Positions 1-9,256 of a stretch of 64,000 nt of DNA are shown here, piece after piece (position 1 is the first letter of the stretch; each line of letters starts with the position of its first letter). Below the pieces are notes generated by a model. That model searched no databases, was not told the origin of the DNA, and saw only the letters and a list, made by a program, of their open reading frames with translations. Position numbers and translations under genes: made by a program. Origin of the DNA: Spirochaetia bacterium (GTDB taxonomy: Bacteria > Spirochaetota > Spirochaetia > DSM-2461); NCBI GenBank assembly GCA_963668315.1, contig OY764216.1, positions 1,888,001 through 1,952,000 on the forward strand, given 5' to 3'.

Positions 1-2
1 AT

Positions 3-2195
3 CTATAATCCGGCGAGCCTGGTGAGAACTCTGCGGATCTCCTCGGGATCCTTGACATAGTGGCCCGCCTGGGTCTCTCCCTTTCCCACTTTGATTGTGT
101 AGTCGTCCTTTCTGTACAGAAGGGAGAAAAGATCCTCGTCGGTCATATCATCGCCGGCGGCCAGGATAAAGTCGTAATTCCGGTCGGAGAGGAGCATCCC
201 CGCGGCCCGTCCCTTATTTACGGTCGTATCCTTTATTTCCAATACCTTTTTCCCTTCCAGGAGTCCTATGTTGCCCATGGTCGTCAAGGCGATGAGGGCG
301 TCTTTAAGTTCCGAAAGCCGGATATTGGCCAGCTCCGGCTCACATCGGCGGTAGTGCCAGGCAAGGGAAAATTCCTTCTCTTCAATCAGGCTTCCCGGAG
401 TACGGTCCATCGTCATTTCGAGCAGAGGACGAATCTCTTTTTTCCAGCTGTTGTCTATCATCTCTGTCTGATGCCAGAGGGCGCTCTTTTTCTCTTTGAT
501 CCAGAGCCCGTGGCTGGCCACCAGATCCACCGGCAGGGTTCCCAGCCACTCTTCCAGGGTATTCTTATCCCGGCCGCTGATGATGACGACTCTGTTCTTC
601 TCGCTTTTGGCTATATCCTGTAAGAGGGCAAGGAGTTCCCCATCGGGACGGGCCATCTCCGGTTTCGGCTGAAAGCCCACCAGGGTTCCGTCGTAATCCA
701 GGAAGAGAATGCGTTTTTCCGCCTTTTCGTAGCGGTCGCAGAGACGATTTTCCTCTTTTTTATTCAAAGGAATGACCTTGTTATCCTCAACTCTTTGAAT
801 CTGCAGGTCCAGTTTTTCCAGAAAATCTTCGGCCCAGTAGTGAATATTATACCTTTTGAGTCTCTCGTGCATAATGGAGTTTCTTTTTATCATCTCCTCC
901 CGGGGCATTTCCAGAGCGGTTTTTATCCCTTCGGCCATCTCTTTGGAGTTATTGGAATTGACAATGACCGCTTCTCCCAGTTCATGGGCGGCTCCTGCCG
1001 TTTCGCTCAGGACAAGCATGCCCAGCCTGTCCGTCCGGGCCGAAATAAACTCCTTGGCCACAAGATTCATCCCGTCCCGTAAGGGAGTTACCAGCATGAC
1101 ATCGGTGGATTTATAAAGATCGATAAGGGTGTCCTGAGGGAAGGACCGGTAGAAAAACTGTATGGGAACCCACCCCAGCGTCCCATGCCTTCCATTTGTT
1201 TCGCTCACCAGTTCCTGAATCTCTTTCAGAAGGTCCACATAATTCTCCACCTGAGTTCTGGAAGGCGCAATAATGAGAATGTAGCTCACCCTTTCCTTAT
1301 ATTCGGGATATTTTTCCAGGAAAAGGGAGAAGGCCTTGATCCTTTCGGGAATGCCCTTGGTGAAATCGAGGCGGTCCACGGAAAAGATGATTTTCCCTTC
1401 CCCATTGCCGCATACTTTCTCCACATCGATTTTCTCATGGCCCGGAGAAGGAACGGCGCTGGAGAAATACTCATAATCAATTCCCATGGGAAATACATCG
1501 GTCCTTATTGTTCGGTGGTGGTATCTGATGAAGTTCATCTCATGCTCACAGCCGAGCAGGCGGCGTGAGCTGGAGAGAAAATGTCTTGTATAATCATAGG
1601 TGTGGAAACCCACCAGATCGGCGCCGAGTATGCCTTCCAGAATCTCCATGCGCCAGGGCAGCAGACGGAAAATCTCAAAGGAGGGAAAGGGAATATGGAG
1701 AAAAAAGCCAATGGCGGCCTTAGGGTACAGCTCCCTTATCATGCCGGGGAGAAGCATGAGCTGATAATCGTGGATCCAGATAGTGTCATCCGGTTCCATG
1801 ATCTCCTTGAGTGATTCCAGGAACTTCCGGTTCACCTTGACGTAGCTTTCCCACTGTTTTTCATCAAAGGTCGTCAGGTTGGGAAAGTAGTGAAACAGAG
1901 GCCACAGGGTGGAATTGCTGAATCCCTGGTAGTAGAGATCGAGATCCTCGCCGCTGAGGTATACGGGCTGGTAGCGGAAATCCTTCATGAGCTTCCGGGA
2001 CAACTCCTCTTCCTTTCCCTCCAGTTCTTCCGTTTTCAGCCCGCACCAGCCCATCCAGATATTTTCACTGTCCCTGTGGAATGCCTTGAGCCCCGTGGCA
2101 AGGCCTCCTATGCTCTCCTTGAGGGCAAATCCCTCCTTATCGGTTTTCTCAATCCGGATCGGCAGTCTGTTTGAAATAAAAATTTTTTTTCCCAT
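3..2195 (-). CDS. otsAB: Bifunctional trehalose-6-phosphate synthase/phosphatase (OtsA-OtsB fusion)
   Basis: GT20 motifs SNRLP, GGLATGL, WIHDYQL, FFLHIPFP, VDRLD, DGMNLVAKE; C-terminal HAD domain FLDYDGTL...SGR...GDDMTDE. Confidence 0.95.
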   Translation of the reverse strand: MGKKIFISNRLPIRIEKTDKEGFALKESIGGLATGLKAFHRDSENIWMGWCGLKTEELEGKEEELSRKLMKDFRYQPVYLSGEDLDLYYQGFSNSTLWPLFHYFPNLTTFDEKQWESYVKVNRKFLESLKEIMEPDDTIWIHDYQLMLLPGMIRELYPKAAIGFFLHIPFPSFEIFRLLPWRMEILEGILGADLVGFHTYDYTRHFLSSSRRLLGCEHEMNFIRYHHRTIRTDVFPMGIDYEYFSSAVPSPGHEKIDVEKVCGNGEGKIIFSVDRLDFTKGIPERIKAFSLFLEKYPEYKERVSYILIIAPSRTQVENYVDLLKEIQELVSETNGRHGTLGWVPIQFFYRSFPQDTLIDLYKSTDVMLVTPLRDGMNLVAKEFISARTDRLGMLVLSETAGAAHELGEAVIVNSNNSKEMAEGIKTALEMPREEMIKRNSIMHERLKRYNIHYWAEDFLEKLDLQIQRVEDNKVIPLNKKEENRLCDRYEKAEKRILFLDYDGTLVGFQPKPEMARPDGELLALLQDIAKSEKNRVVIISGRDKNTLEEWLGTLPVDLVASHGLWIKEKKSALWHQTEMIDNSWKKEIRPLLEMTMDRTPGSLIEEKEFSLAWHYRRCEPELANIRLSELKDALIALTTMGNIGLLEGKKVLEIKDTTVNKGRAAGMLLSDRNYDFILAAGDDMTDEDLFSLLYRKDDYTIKVGKGETQAGHYVKDPEEIRRVLTRLAGL

Positions 2196-2366
2196 AATAT
2201 ATTGAAACTCCTGAATAATAATTAGTACTGTAAATAAAAAGTATATCTATAAAATACAAAAAATGGGGAAATATGTCAAATGACGCTTAGAATGAAGAAA
2301 AAAGTCCTATAGAAGAACATTATAATTTAGTAGACTAACTAAAAAAGAAAAATGGGAGAAAACCTT

Positions 2367-3197
2367 TCAGTTCTGCCTATTCATTTCCCGGCTGAGTTCC
2401 CGGAAAAGTTCGCTGCGGCTGTTGATCCCTGTTTTCTTATACAGATTCTTGACGTGGCTCTTGATCGTATCCAGGGAAACGAACAGATCCTCTCCTATGG
2501 CGCGGTATGTCTTCCCCTTGAGGAGCTCCCGCAAGACTTCCGTTTCCCTTTTGCTCAAACCGTATTTTTCGCTAAGGGAATCGAGGTTTTCAAAGAGGGG
2601 TTTGTTTTTTTTCCGGATCTTCTCATAGTAGTCATTCTGGTTTTTCAGGATTACCCTGAGGCGGCGGGACTGTTCCAGAAGGGCCAGGGAGAAGATAAGA
2701 AGGATCATGGTTCTGAAGAGCTGAGGCCCCAGTTCCTGCAGAATCAGTTTTGCTGTCAGCTCTGGATTGAATCCGAGGGATATCAGAAAAGCTGTGTTAT
2801 AGAGGAGTATGTTGAGTACCGTAGAGAGGACGAGCATGATGTCGTCGCATCGGAGATAGGCGAAATAGATGATAAGGGGGTAGAGGAACAGCAGGGGGGA
2901 CTGGCTCAAAAGACCGGGCCTCTCCCATTCTCCCGCAAAGAGAACGCCGGTCAGTATGAGAGAGTCGAATATGACGGACAGGCCGGAGAGAAGGGGAAGG
3001 TATCTGACCCTCTGCACCCAGAAAAGGGAGCCCGCGTAGAGAGCCAGAACTCCCAGGGTTATCCATTCCGAGGATGAACCGGCATGACCCATGATCTGGA
3101 TCATGAGAGGGATGAGGAGGCTCAGACGTATGAGGGAGGCCAGAAGATCTCCCCGGCGCATTTCCCTCCTGTGGAGGAAGGTATAAAGGTCGGTCAT
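2367..3197 (-). CDS. Membrane-anchored LuxR-family HTH transcriptional regulator
   Basis: Several hydrophobic N-terminal segments; C-terminal YGLSKRETEVLRELLKGKTYRAIGEDLFVSLDTIKSHVKNLYKKTGINSR is a LuxR HTH. Confidence 0.85.
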   Translation of the reverse strand: MTDLYTFLHRREMRRGDLLASLIRLSLLIPLMIQIMGHAGSSSEWITLGVLALYAGSLFWVQRVRYLPLLSGLSVIFDSLILTGVLFAGEWERPGLLSQSPLLFLYPLIIYFAYLRCDDIMLVLSTVLNILLYNTAFLISLGFNPELTAKLILQELGPQLFRTMILLIFSLALLEQSRRLRVILKNQNDYYEKIRKKNKPLFENLDSLSEKYGLSKRETEVLRELLKGKTYRAIGEDLFVSLDTIKSHVKNLYKKTGINSRSELFRELSREMNRQN

Positions 3198-3204
3198 GAT
3201 TCTG

Positions 3205-3519
3205 CTAGTCGATGAACTTTATGGCTGTTCCGTAGACAATCACTTCGGCAGCTCCCTGCATGACCGAGCTGGAAGAGTAACGTATGGAGACGACTCCGTC
3301 GGCATCCATTTTTTCCGCTTCCTCCACCATCCTTTTGGTAGCCAGCGCCCGGGCCTGATTAAGCATCTCTGCATAGGCGGTCAATTCTCCTCCCACCAGG
3401 GTTTTCAGACCGCTCATGATATCTTTTCCCAAATGGCGCGACTGCACAGTCGAACCCTTGACGATACCCAGAGTTTTAAGTTTTCTGTCATCGATAAAAT
3501 CAGTATTGACTAAGATCAT
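3205..3519 (-). CDS. YbjQ (UPF0145) family protein
   Basis: LGIVKGS...GLKTLVGGEL..Y..ML..AR..A..RM...A....AD.VV....YGTA pattern; start moved to MILVNT after GGAGG RBS. Confidence 0.9.
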   Translation of the reverse strand: MILVNTDFIDDRKLKTLGIVKGSTVQSRHLGKDIMSGLKTLVGGELTAYAEMLNQARALATKRMVEEAEKMDADGVVSIRYSSSSVMQGAAEVIVYGTAIKFID

Positions 3520-3754
3520 CATCGTCCTCCTCATCTATTTCCTTCTGTCTCTTCACCGCTACCACCACCATCATGACAATGATGGGGCAGAGTATCAGAA
3601 GCAGGATACCCAGAAGCCAGACCTTGACAATTCCCGGGGCATCTCCGTCTGTGGAGATCCCCCAGACAACCGTGGCCATATACCCCGTGACGACGATAAG
3701 AAAGAGAGCCGTTATTATCATGACAACGATTTTCTGCTTTTTTTTCTTTTCCAT
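3500..3754 (-). CDS. Small two-TM membrane protein
   Basis: Basic N-terminus, two hydrophobic helices, acidic tail; overlaps ybjQ start; start set at MEKKKKQ. Confidence 0.7.
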   Translation of the reverse strand: MEKKKKQKIVVMIITALFLIVVTGYMATVVWGISTDGDAPGIVKVWLLGILLLILCPIIVMMVVVAVKRQKEIDEEDDDDLSQY

Positions 3755-3948
3755 GACCCTTTCCTGTCCGGTTATCCCGTATATGGTAGAATAATAACCC
3801 TCCTCTTTCGGGAAAACAATCACCCCTTTGTGTGAAACCCGGGGTATTTTCGGGGAATCGGGATAAAAATACCGGGAAAAAAGGTGATATTCCCTGCTGT
3901 CGGGGAAAAAGGAACAGCTGTAACATGTTGTCAGGGAGGTGACTATTC

Positions 3949-4290
3949 ATGGAGAAAACGTTATATCCTGAGCAGGGGGAATTTGATTTTGCCCGCCCCG
4001 TGGCAGACGGTTATTTTGAGAGTAAGGAAGGTCTTATCTTCTCCCTCCTCAGGGAAGCCTGTCCGCGGGACATGATCACATTCCGCATGGCCAAGGGGCG
4101 CAGGCAGTTTAAAATCAGGGAGTCCACAGGGCAGACCTATCAGCTGTATTTCACCGAGCCTTTCCTCTATTCCCGAAGCCCTTCGGAGATAAGGGAGCAT
4201 ATTCTATTTAATCTGGAATACATGAAAAAGGTGGAAAATTCTTCCCGGGCTCTTTTCGGACGAGGGTGCGTCAAGATCAGGGATCTGTGA
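3949..4290 (+). CDS. Hypothetical protein
   Basis: Strong RBS GGGAGGT before ATG; fills gap before acyl-CoA ligase. Confidence 0.65.
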   Translation: MEKTLYPEQGEFDFARPVADGYFESKEGLIFSLLREACPRDMITFRMAKGRRQFKIRESTGQTYQLYFTEPFLYSRSPSEIREHILFNLEYMKKVENSSRALFGRGCVKIRDL

Positions 4291-4353
4291 ATGATGATTT
4301 AAAAAATACGATTTCTTCTTTCGTTTTTATCCGATTGGTATTATTATTTAGAC

Positions 4354-6036
4354 ATGAGTGCAAAACAGTTTGATCCGTTACTTTATATTGAACCTTACCG
4401 CGGTAAGGGTTTTACGGGGGAGTGGCCAACGCTTCCGGAGATGATTGATATAACCGTAGATAAATTCTCTTCCAAGACCGCCTTCAGGGCGTTCACTCCC
4501 GAGGAAAGAGCCTTTACCTATGGGGAACTGCAGGCCTACTGCCGGCAGATAGCCGCTTTTCTCTGTGAGAAAGGGATCGAAAAGGGAGATGCCGTCGGTG
4601 TTACCGGCAAAAACAGTCCCGAGTGGGGCATCGCCTATCTGGCCGTTCTCTATGCGGGGGCCGTTGTTGTTCCGATCGATTACTCCCTGACCAGAGACGA
4701 GGCTTCCGGCCTGCTGGCCAGAGCAAAGGTCAAGGCACTCTTCGCCGACAAGGAAGTCCTGGATTATTACCGGGAGGAGCACGGCAGCGAGTATGAGGTG
4801 TACAGCCTTGTTCCCGGGAAAGAGGGTTTTCTTCTTGACCTTAAAGCAAAGGGCGAAGTCATACCCGCTCTGCCCGAGGAGAACGATCTGGCGGCGATTC
4901 TTTTCACATCGGGAACGACGGGCGTGGCCAAGGGCGTCATGCTTACCCACAAGAATTTCGTCAGCGACTGTTATCTGGCCCAGGGGAACATGAATATATT
5001 CGATACGGACGTTTTCTACGCCCTCCTGCCGCTGCATCACTCCTATACGATGCTGGCCGTTTTCATCGAGGGGCTCTCGGTGGGTTCGGAGATCATCTTC
5101 GGCAGTTCCCTGGTGGTAAGCCAGCTTCTCAAGGAGCTGAAAGCCGGAAAGGTAACCATGTTTCTGGGCGTTCCCATGCTGTTCAACAAGATCATCAAGA
5201 GTCTTATGAAGGGGATCAGGGAGAAGGGTATCCTCGTGTACGGTGTCATCAAATTCCTGATGTTCATCAGCGGAACAATAAAGAAACTGACCGGCGCCAA
5301 TGCGGGAAAGGTCATGTTCGGAGGTATCCTCGATAAGGTTTCCCTGAGGACGAACCGTATCTGCATCTCGGGAGGCGGCCCCCTGCCGGCTTCCACTTTC
5401 AGAATGTATAACCAGCTGGGAATAGACTTTGTGCAGGGTTACGGCCTTACGGAAACATCGCCCATCCTCTGTTTGAACCCCACCTACGCCTTCAATGTCA
5501 ATTCGGTGGGAAAAATCATCCCCCAGGTGGAGGGGAAGATATACGAGCCCGATGCCGACGGGGTAGGGGAGTTCTGCGTGAAAGGCTCCATGGTCATGCA
5601 GGGGTATTTCGAAGATGAGGAAGCCACGGCCAATGTGATTGACGGGGACGGCTGGTTTCATACGGGAGACATGGGATATCTGGACAACCGAAATTACCTT
5701 TATCTGACGGGACGGGCCAAATCCCTTATCGTCACCGAGGGGGGCAAGAATGTATTCCCCGAGGAGATAGAGGACAAATTTCAGCTATACGATGAGATCG
5801 AGCAGATCCTCATTCGCGGATATGTTCTGGACAAGAAAATGAAAACCGAGGGCATAGAAGCCCTTATCTATCCCGTACAGGATTCCTCCATGGATACTTC
5901 CGAAGAGAGGATGAACGCTATCATCAGCGAAGTAAACCGCGAACTCAAGAGTTATCAGAAGATTGCCCGGGTCACGGTTCTCGATGAGCCGATGGAGATG
6001 ACATCCACCAGAAAAATCAAGCGTTTCACCGTCTGA
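4354..6036 (+). CDS. Long-chain fatty-acid--CoA ligase (AMP-binding family)
   Basis: FTSGTTGVAKG, QGYGLTE, GWFHTGD, GRAK..IV..GGKNVFPEEIE. Confidence 0.92.
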   Translation: MSAKQFDPLLYIEPYRGKGFTGEWPTLPEMIDITVDKFSSKTAFRAFTPEERAFTYGELQAYCRQIAAFLCEKGIEKGDAVGVTGKNSPEWGIAYLAVLYAGAVVVPIDYSLTRDEASGLLARAKVKALFADKEVLDYYREEHGSEYEVYSLVPGKEGFLLDLKAKGEVIPALPEENDLAAILFTSGTTGVAKGVMLTHKNFVSDCYLAQGNMNIFDTDVFYALLPLHHSYTMLAVFIEGLSVGSEIIFGSSLVVSQLLKELKAGKVTMFLGVPMLFNKIIKSLMKGIREKGILVYGVIKFLMFISGTIKKLTGANAGKVMFGGILDKVSLRTNRICISGGGPLPASTFRMYNQLGIDFVQGYGLTETSPILCLNPTYAFNVNSVGKIIPQVEGKIYEPDADGVGEFCVKGSMVMQGYFEDEEATANVIDGDGWFHTGDMGYLDNRNYLYLTGRAKSLIVTEGGKNVFPEEIEDKFQLYDEIEQILIRGYVLDKKMKTEGIEALIYPVQDSSMDTSEERMNAIISEVNRELKSYQKIARVTVLDEPMEMTSTRKIKRFTV

Positions 6037-6061
6037 TACTTCTGCCGGATCGGAAATCTCC

Positions 6062-7132
6062 CTACTGTTCCTCCCGGATCGTCTGTTCAATCACACAGTA
6101 CCAGTGTGTGGCGTATGTTTCGAATCCGGGGGAATAGCCGTAGGCGATAAGGTCGAATCCCTTGTCCTTCTCTATAATGTCATAGCCTGATCTGCGGGAG
6201 GTGAGTATTCCCTCAAGGTTGGGCATTGAGATTTTGCCGCCTTCCGTCTCGGGGGATGTCGAAGTGAGAACGATCCCCTCTTCATCTATAATGCTGATCT
6301 TCGTAGGGATATGGTGATCTTCAATATCTTCCTTCAGGTCAAGACGGCAGATTCTCCCCAGTACGGCATCGACTAATCCTTTCCAGTTGAAGAATATACC
6401 CAGAACTCCCAGAGGAGGGGCTGCCGCTTCCGGTCTGTCGACACGGCATCCGTAGACGAGAACTTTCGCCTTATTGACAAGGGAGCTTTCATGGGTTGAC
6501 TGGAAGGAGTACTCCGTCCCATCCTTTTGATTAAGGGCTGTCTTGTACCAGTCCGACGGGGGAAGCTGTCTTCCCTTTACGCTATGGAGCGCGGGCCGTC
6601 CATTGGCGACAATACGGCCTTCGGCATTAATCAGAAAAAGGTCCAGATAGACGGTGTAGGAGTCGAGGATGACTCCCAGACGGCGGGAGGCGTAATCCTC
6701 CTTCTCTTCGCTTTTCTCATTCAGGGCTTCCACCAGGGAGGGATCGGTGGCCCACCATCTGACGTCGCAGGTCCGTTCGTAAAGGTTTCTGTCGATGACG
6801 TCCATGATGGAGAGGGCTGTCTGGGAGAGCCTCTGTCCCCGCACCTGTTTAGCCATCCCGTCGCTGATGGCTATCAGGCTTTGTACCTGCTCGCTGATTT
6901 TTTCCTGCATCTGGACGGAGATTTCGGCTATCTCATCATTCAGTTTGCTGAATTCGTTGGCCACAATACGAAAGCCGACCCCTTCCTTGCCGCTGCGGGC
7001 CGCTTCTATTCTTCCGTTAATGGCGATGACTCCGGTTCTTTCAGAGAGATCCCTGATATCATAGATGGAGGTGTTCAGGCTGGATTTAATGGATGAAGCA
7101 ATTTGTCCGATATATTCAGGTTTGTAATTCAT
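6062..7132 (-). CDS. Soluble chemoreceptor-like protein: short N-terminal MCP signalling hairpin followed by Cache-like domain
   Basis: IAINGRIEAARSGKEGVGFRIVANEF near N-terminus; YLDLFLINAEGRIVA and LGVLGIFFNW Cache-like strands; no TM; start set at MNYKPEY. Confidence 0.75.
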   Translation of the reverse strand: MNYKPEYIGQIASSIKSSLNTSIYDIRDLSERTGVIAINGRIEAARSGKEGVGFRIVANEFSKLNDEIAEISVQMQEKISEQVQSLIAISDGMAKQVRGQRLSQTALSIMDVIDRNLYERTCDVRWWATDPSLVEALNEKSEEKEDYASRRLGVILDSYTVYLDLFLINAEGRIVANGRPALHSVKGRQLPPSDWYKTALNQKDGTEYSFQSTHESSLVNKAKVLVYGCRVDRPEAAAPPLGVLGIFFNWKGLVDAVLGRICRLDLKEDIEDHHIPTKISIIDEEGIVLTSTSPETEGGKISMPNLEGILTSRRSGYDIIEKDKGFDLIAYGYSPGFETYATHWYCVIEQTIREEQ

Positions 7133-7425
7133 ACTTTTCTTTTCGGCTCGAAGGGAAGATAAATTTATGGAAATATTTTCTAATTCCTTTTTGTATATAC
7201 ATATATGTATAAAGTAATTGTACCGTAAAGTATTTTTTTCCAATAAGTAGAAAAAGAATGCCGCCGGAGTCTGGGAAGCCCCTCTTCCGGGTCCCCCATC
7301 CGCAGGGAGGGGTACCCGGTCTTTGTCTCTATTAATTAGATAAATAAAGGTCAGAAACCTTTACTTTTTCCCGCCTTTTCCTTTATTATAAACGCCATAC
7401 AGAACAAGACCAAAGGAGTAATCCC

Positions 7426-8118
7426 ATGAAGTATACTCACGAAGTAGAAAATATGTGCTGCGTGAAAAGGGGTACAAGCGAAGGCCCCGCTCCCATTCCT
7501 CAGGAAGGGAAATGGACCAAAGCCGCAGAGATCAAAGATATCAACGGCTTTACCCACGGTGTCGGTTGGTGTGCCCCCCAGCAGGGAGCCTGTAAGCTGA
7601 CTTTGAATGTTAAAGAGGGTGTGATTCAGGAAGCCCTGATCGAAACCCTCGGTTGTACCGGTATGACCCACTCCGCCGCCATGGCAAGTGAAGCGATCAT
7701 CGGTAAGACCATTCTGGAAGCCATGAATACCGACCTGGTATGTGACGCCATCAACACGGCCATGAGAGAGCTTTTTCTCCAGATCGTTTACGGCCGTTCA
7801 CAGTCTGCTTTCAGCGAAGACGGTCTTCCCATCGGAGCCGCCATGGAAGACCTGGGCAAGGGACTCCGTTCTGTGACAGGAACCATGTTCTCCACCCTGA
7901 AGAAGGGACCCCGCTACATGGAAATGGCCGAAGGTTATGTAACCAAGATCGCTCTGGACAAGAACGACGAGATCATCGGTTACTCCTTTATCAACTTCGG
8001 TCGTATGATGGATTTCATCAAGAAGGGCGATTCCGCCGATGAAGCTCTGAAAAAAGCAAGCGGTACCTACGGCCGTTTCGCCGATGCGGTTAAAACCATC
8101 GACCCGAGGGAGGAATAA
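7426..8118 (+). CDS. IscU/NifU-N-like Fe-S scaffold-type protein, partner of GGGtGRT protein
   Basis: HGVGWCAPQQGAC, ET.GCTGMTHSA, LVCDAI Cys/His pattern; AAGGAG RBS. Confidence 0.8.
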   Translation: MKYTHEVENMCCVKRGTSEGPAPIPQEGKWTKAAEIKDINGFTHGVGWCAPQQGACKLTLNVKEGVIQEALIETLGCTGMTHSAAMASEAIIGKTILEAMNTDLVCDAINTAMRELFLQIVYGRSQSAFSEDGLPIGAAMEDLGKGLRSVTGTMFSTLKKGPRYMEMAEGYVTKIALDKNDEIIGYSFINFGRMMDFIKKGDSADEALKKASGTYGRFADAVKTIDPREE

Positions 8119-8120
8119 TC

Positions 8121-9119
8121 ATGCCTTTGTTTGAAAGTTACGAAAGACGTATTAAACAGATCGATGCCCTCTGCGCCAAGTACGGTATCAAAAACATTGA
8201 AGAAGCCAACGAAATCTGCAAAGAGAAGGGCCTGGACATTTACAATCTGGTAAAAGAGATTCAGCCCATCGCTTTCGAGAATGCTTCCTGGGCCTATATC
8301 CTGGGTGCCGCCTGCGCTATCAAGAAGGGCGAGACCAAGGCCGCCGATGTTGCCAAAACCCTGGGAGAGGGCCTTCAGGCTTTCTGTATCCCCGGATCCG
8401 TTGCAGACGACAGAAAAGTAGGTCTCGGACACGGTAACCTGGCATCCATGCTTCTGCTGGAAGAGACCAAATGTTTCGCCTTCCTTGCCGGTCACGAATC
8501 TTTCGCCGCCGCCGAAGGTGCCATCGGTCTGGCCCGTTCCGCCAATAAGGCCCGTAAAGAACCCCTCCGGGTTATCCTGAACGGTCTGGGAAAGGACGCT
8601 GCCTACCTTATCTCCCGCATTAACGGGTTTACCCATGTGGAAACCAAATTCGATTACGCCACCGGTGAAGTCAAAATCGTTAAAGAGACTGCTTTCTCCG
8701 AAGGGGAAAGGGCCAAAGTACGCTGTTACGGCGCCGATGATGTTCGCGAAGGTGTCGCTATCCTGCACCTGGAGAAGGTTGACGTTTCCATTACCGGAAA
8801 CTCCACCAACCCCACCCGGTTCCAGCACCCCGTTGCCGGTACTTACAAGAAAGAGTGTATCGAACAGGGCAAGAAGTACTTCTCCGTCGCTTCCGGCGGC
8901 GGTACGGGCAGAACTCTCCATCCCGATAACATGGCCGCCGGTCCCGCCTCCTACGGTATGACCGACACCATGGGAAGAATGCACTCCGACGCCCAGTTTG
9001 CCGGATCTTCCTCCGTTCCCGCCCACGTGGAAATGATGGGTCTTATCGGTATGGGTAACAATCCCATGGTAGGAGCTTCCGTAGCTGTTGCCGTTGCCGT
9101 TGAATTGGCTATGAAATAA
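8121..9119 (+). CDS. GGGtGRT family protein (function unknown)
   Basis: VASGGGTGRTLHPDN signature; GGAGG RBS; 2 nt downstream of partner gene. Confidence 0.9.
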   Translation: MPLFESYERRIKQIDALCAKYGIKNIEEANEICKEKGLDIYNLVKEIQPIAFENASWAYILGAACAIKKGETKAADVAKTLGEGLQAFCIPGSVADDRKVGLGHGNLASMLLLEETKCFAFLAGHESFAAAEGAIGLARSANKARKEPLRVILNGLGKDAAYLISRINGFTHVETKFDYATGEVKIVKETAFSEGERAKVRCYGADDVREGVAILHLEKVDVSITGNSTNPTRFQHPVAGTYKKECIEQGKKYFSVASGGGTGRTLHPDNMAAGPASYGMTDTMGRMHSDAQFAGSSSVPAHVEMMGLIGMGNNPMVGASVAVAVAVELAMK

Positions 9120-9139
9120 AATATTCCTCCGGGAATTGA

Positions 9140-9171
9140 AAGGGGCCGTCCTCAGGGGCGGCCTTTTTTTT
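9140..9171 (+). terminator. Rho-independent terminator
   Basis: GGCCGTCC-TCAG-GGGCGGCC stem-loop followed by T8. Confidence 0.9.
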
Positions 9172-9256
9172 GATTAATTCTGTTTTCCTGAACAAACCCT
9201 CTGAAAAAGAAGAAATAATGGAAGAAATATTCTACAATAGGAGGGGGACGTTTTCG

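Noticed and set aside
3843..3873. Inverted repeat GGTATTTT-N15-AAAATACC between divergent genes
   Set aside because: Short, single occurrence, no supporting context
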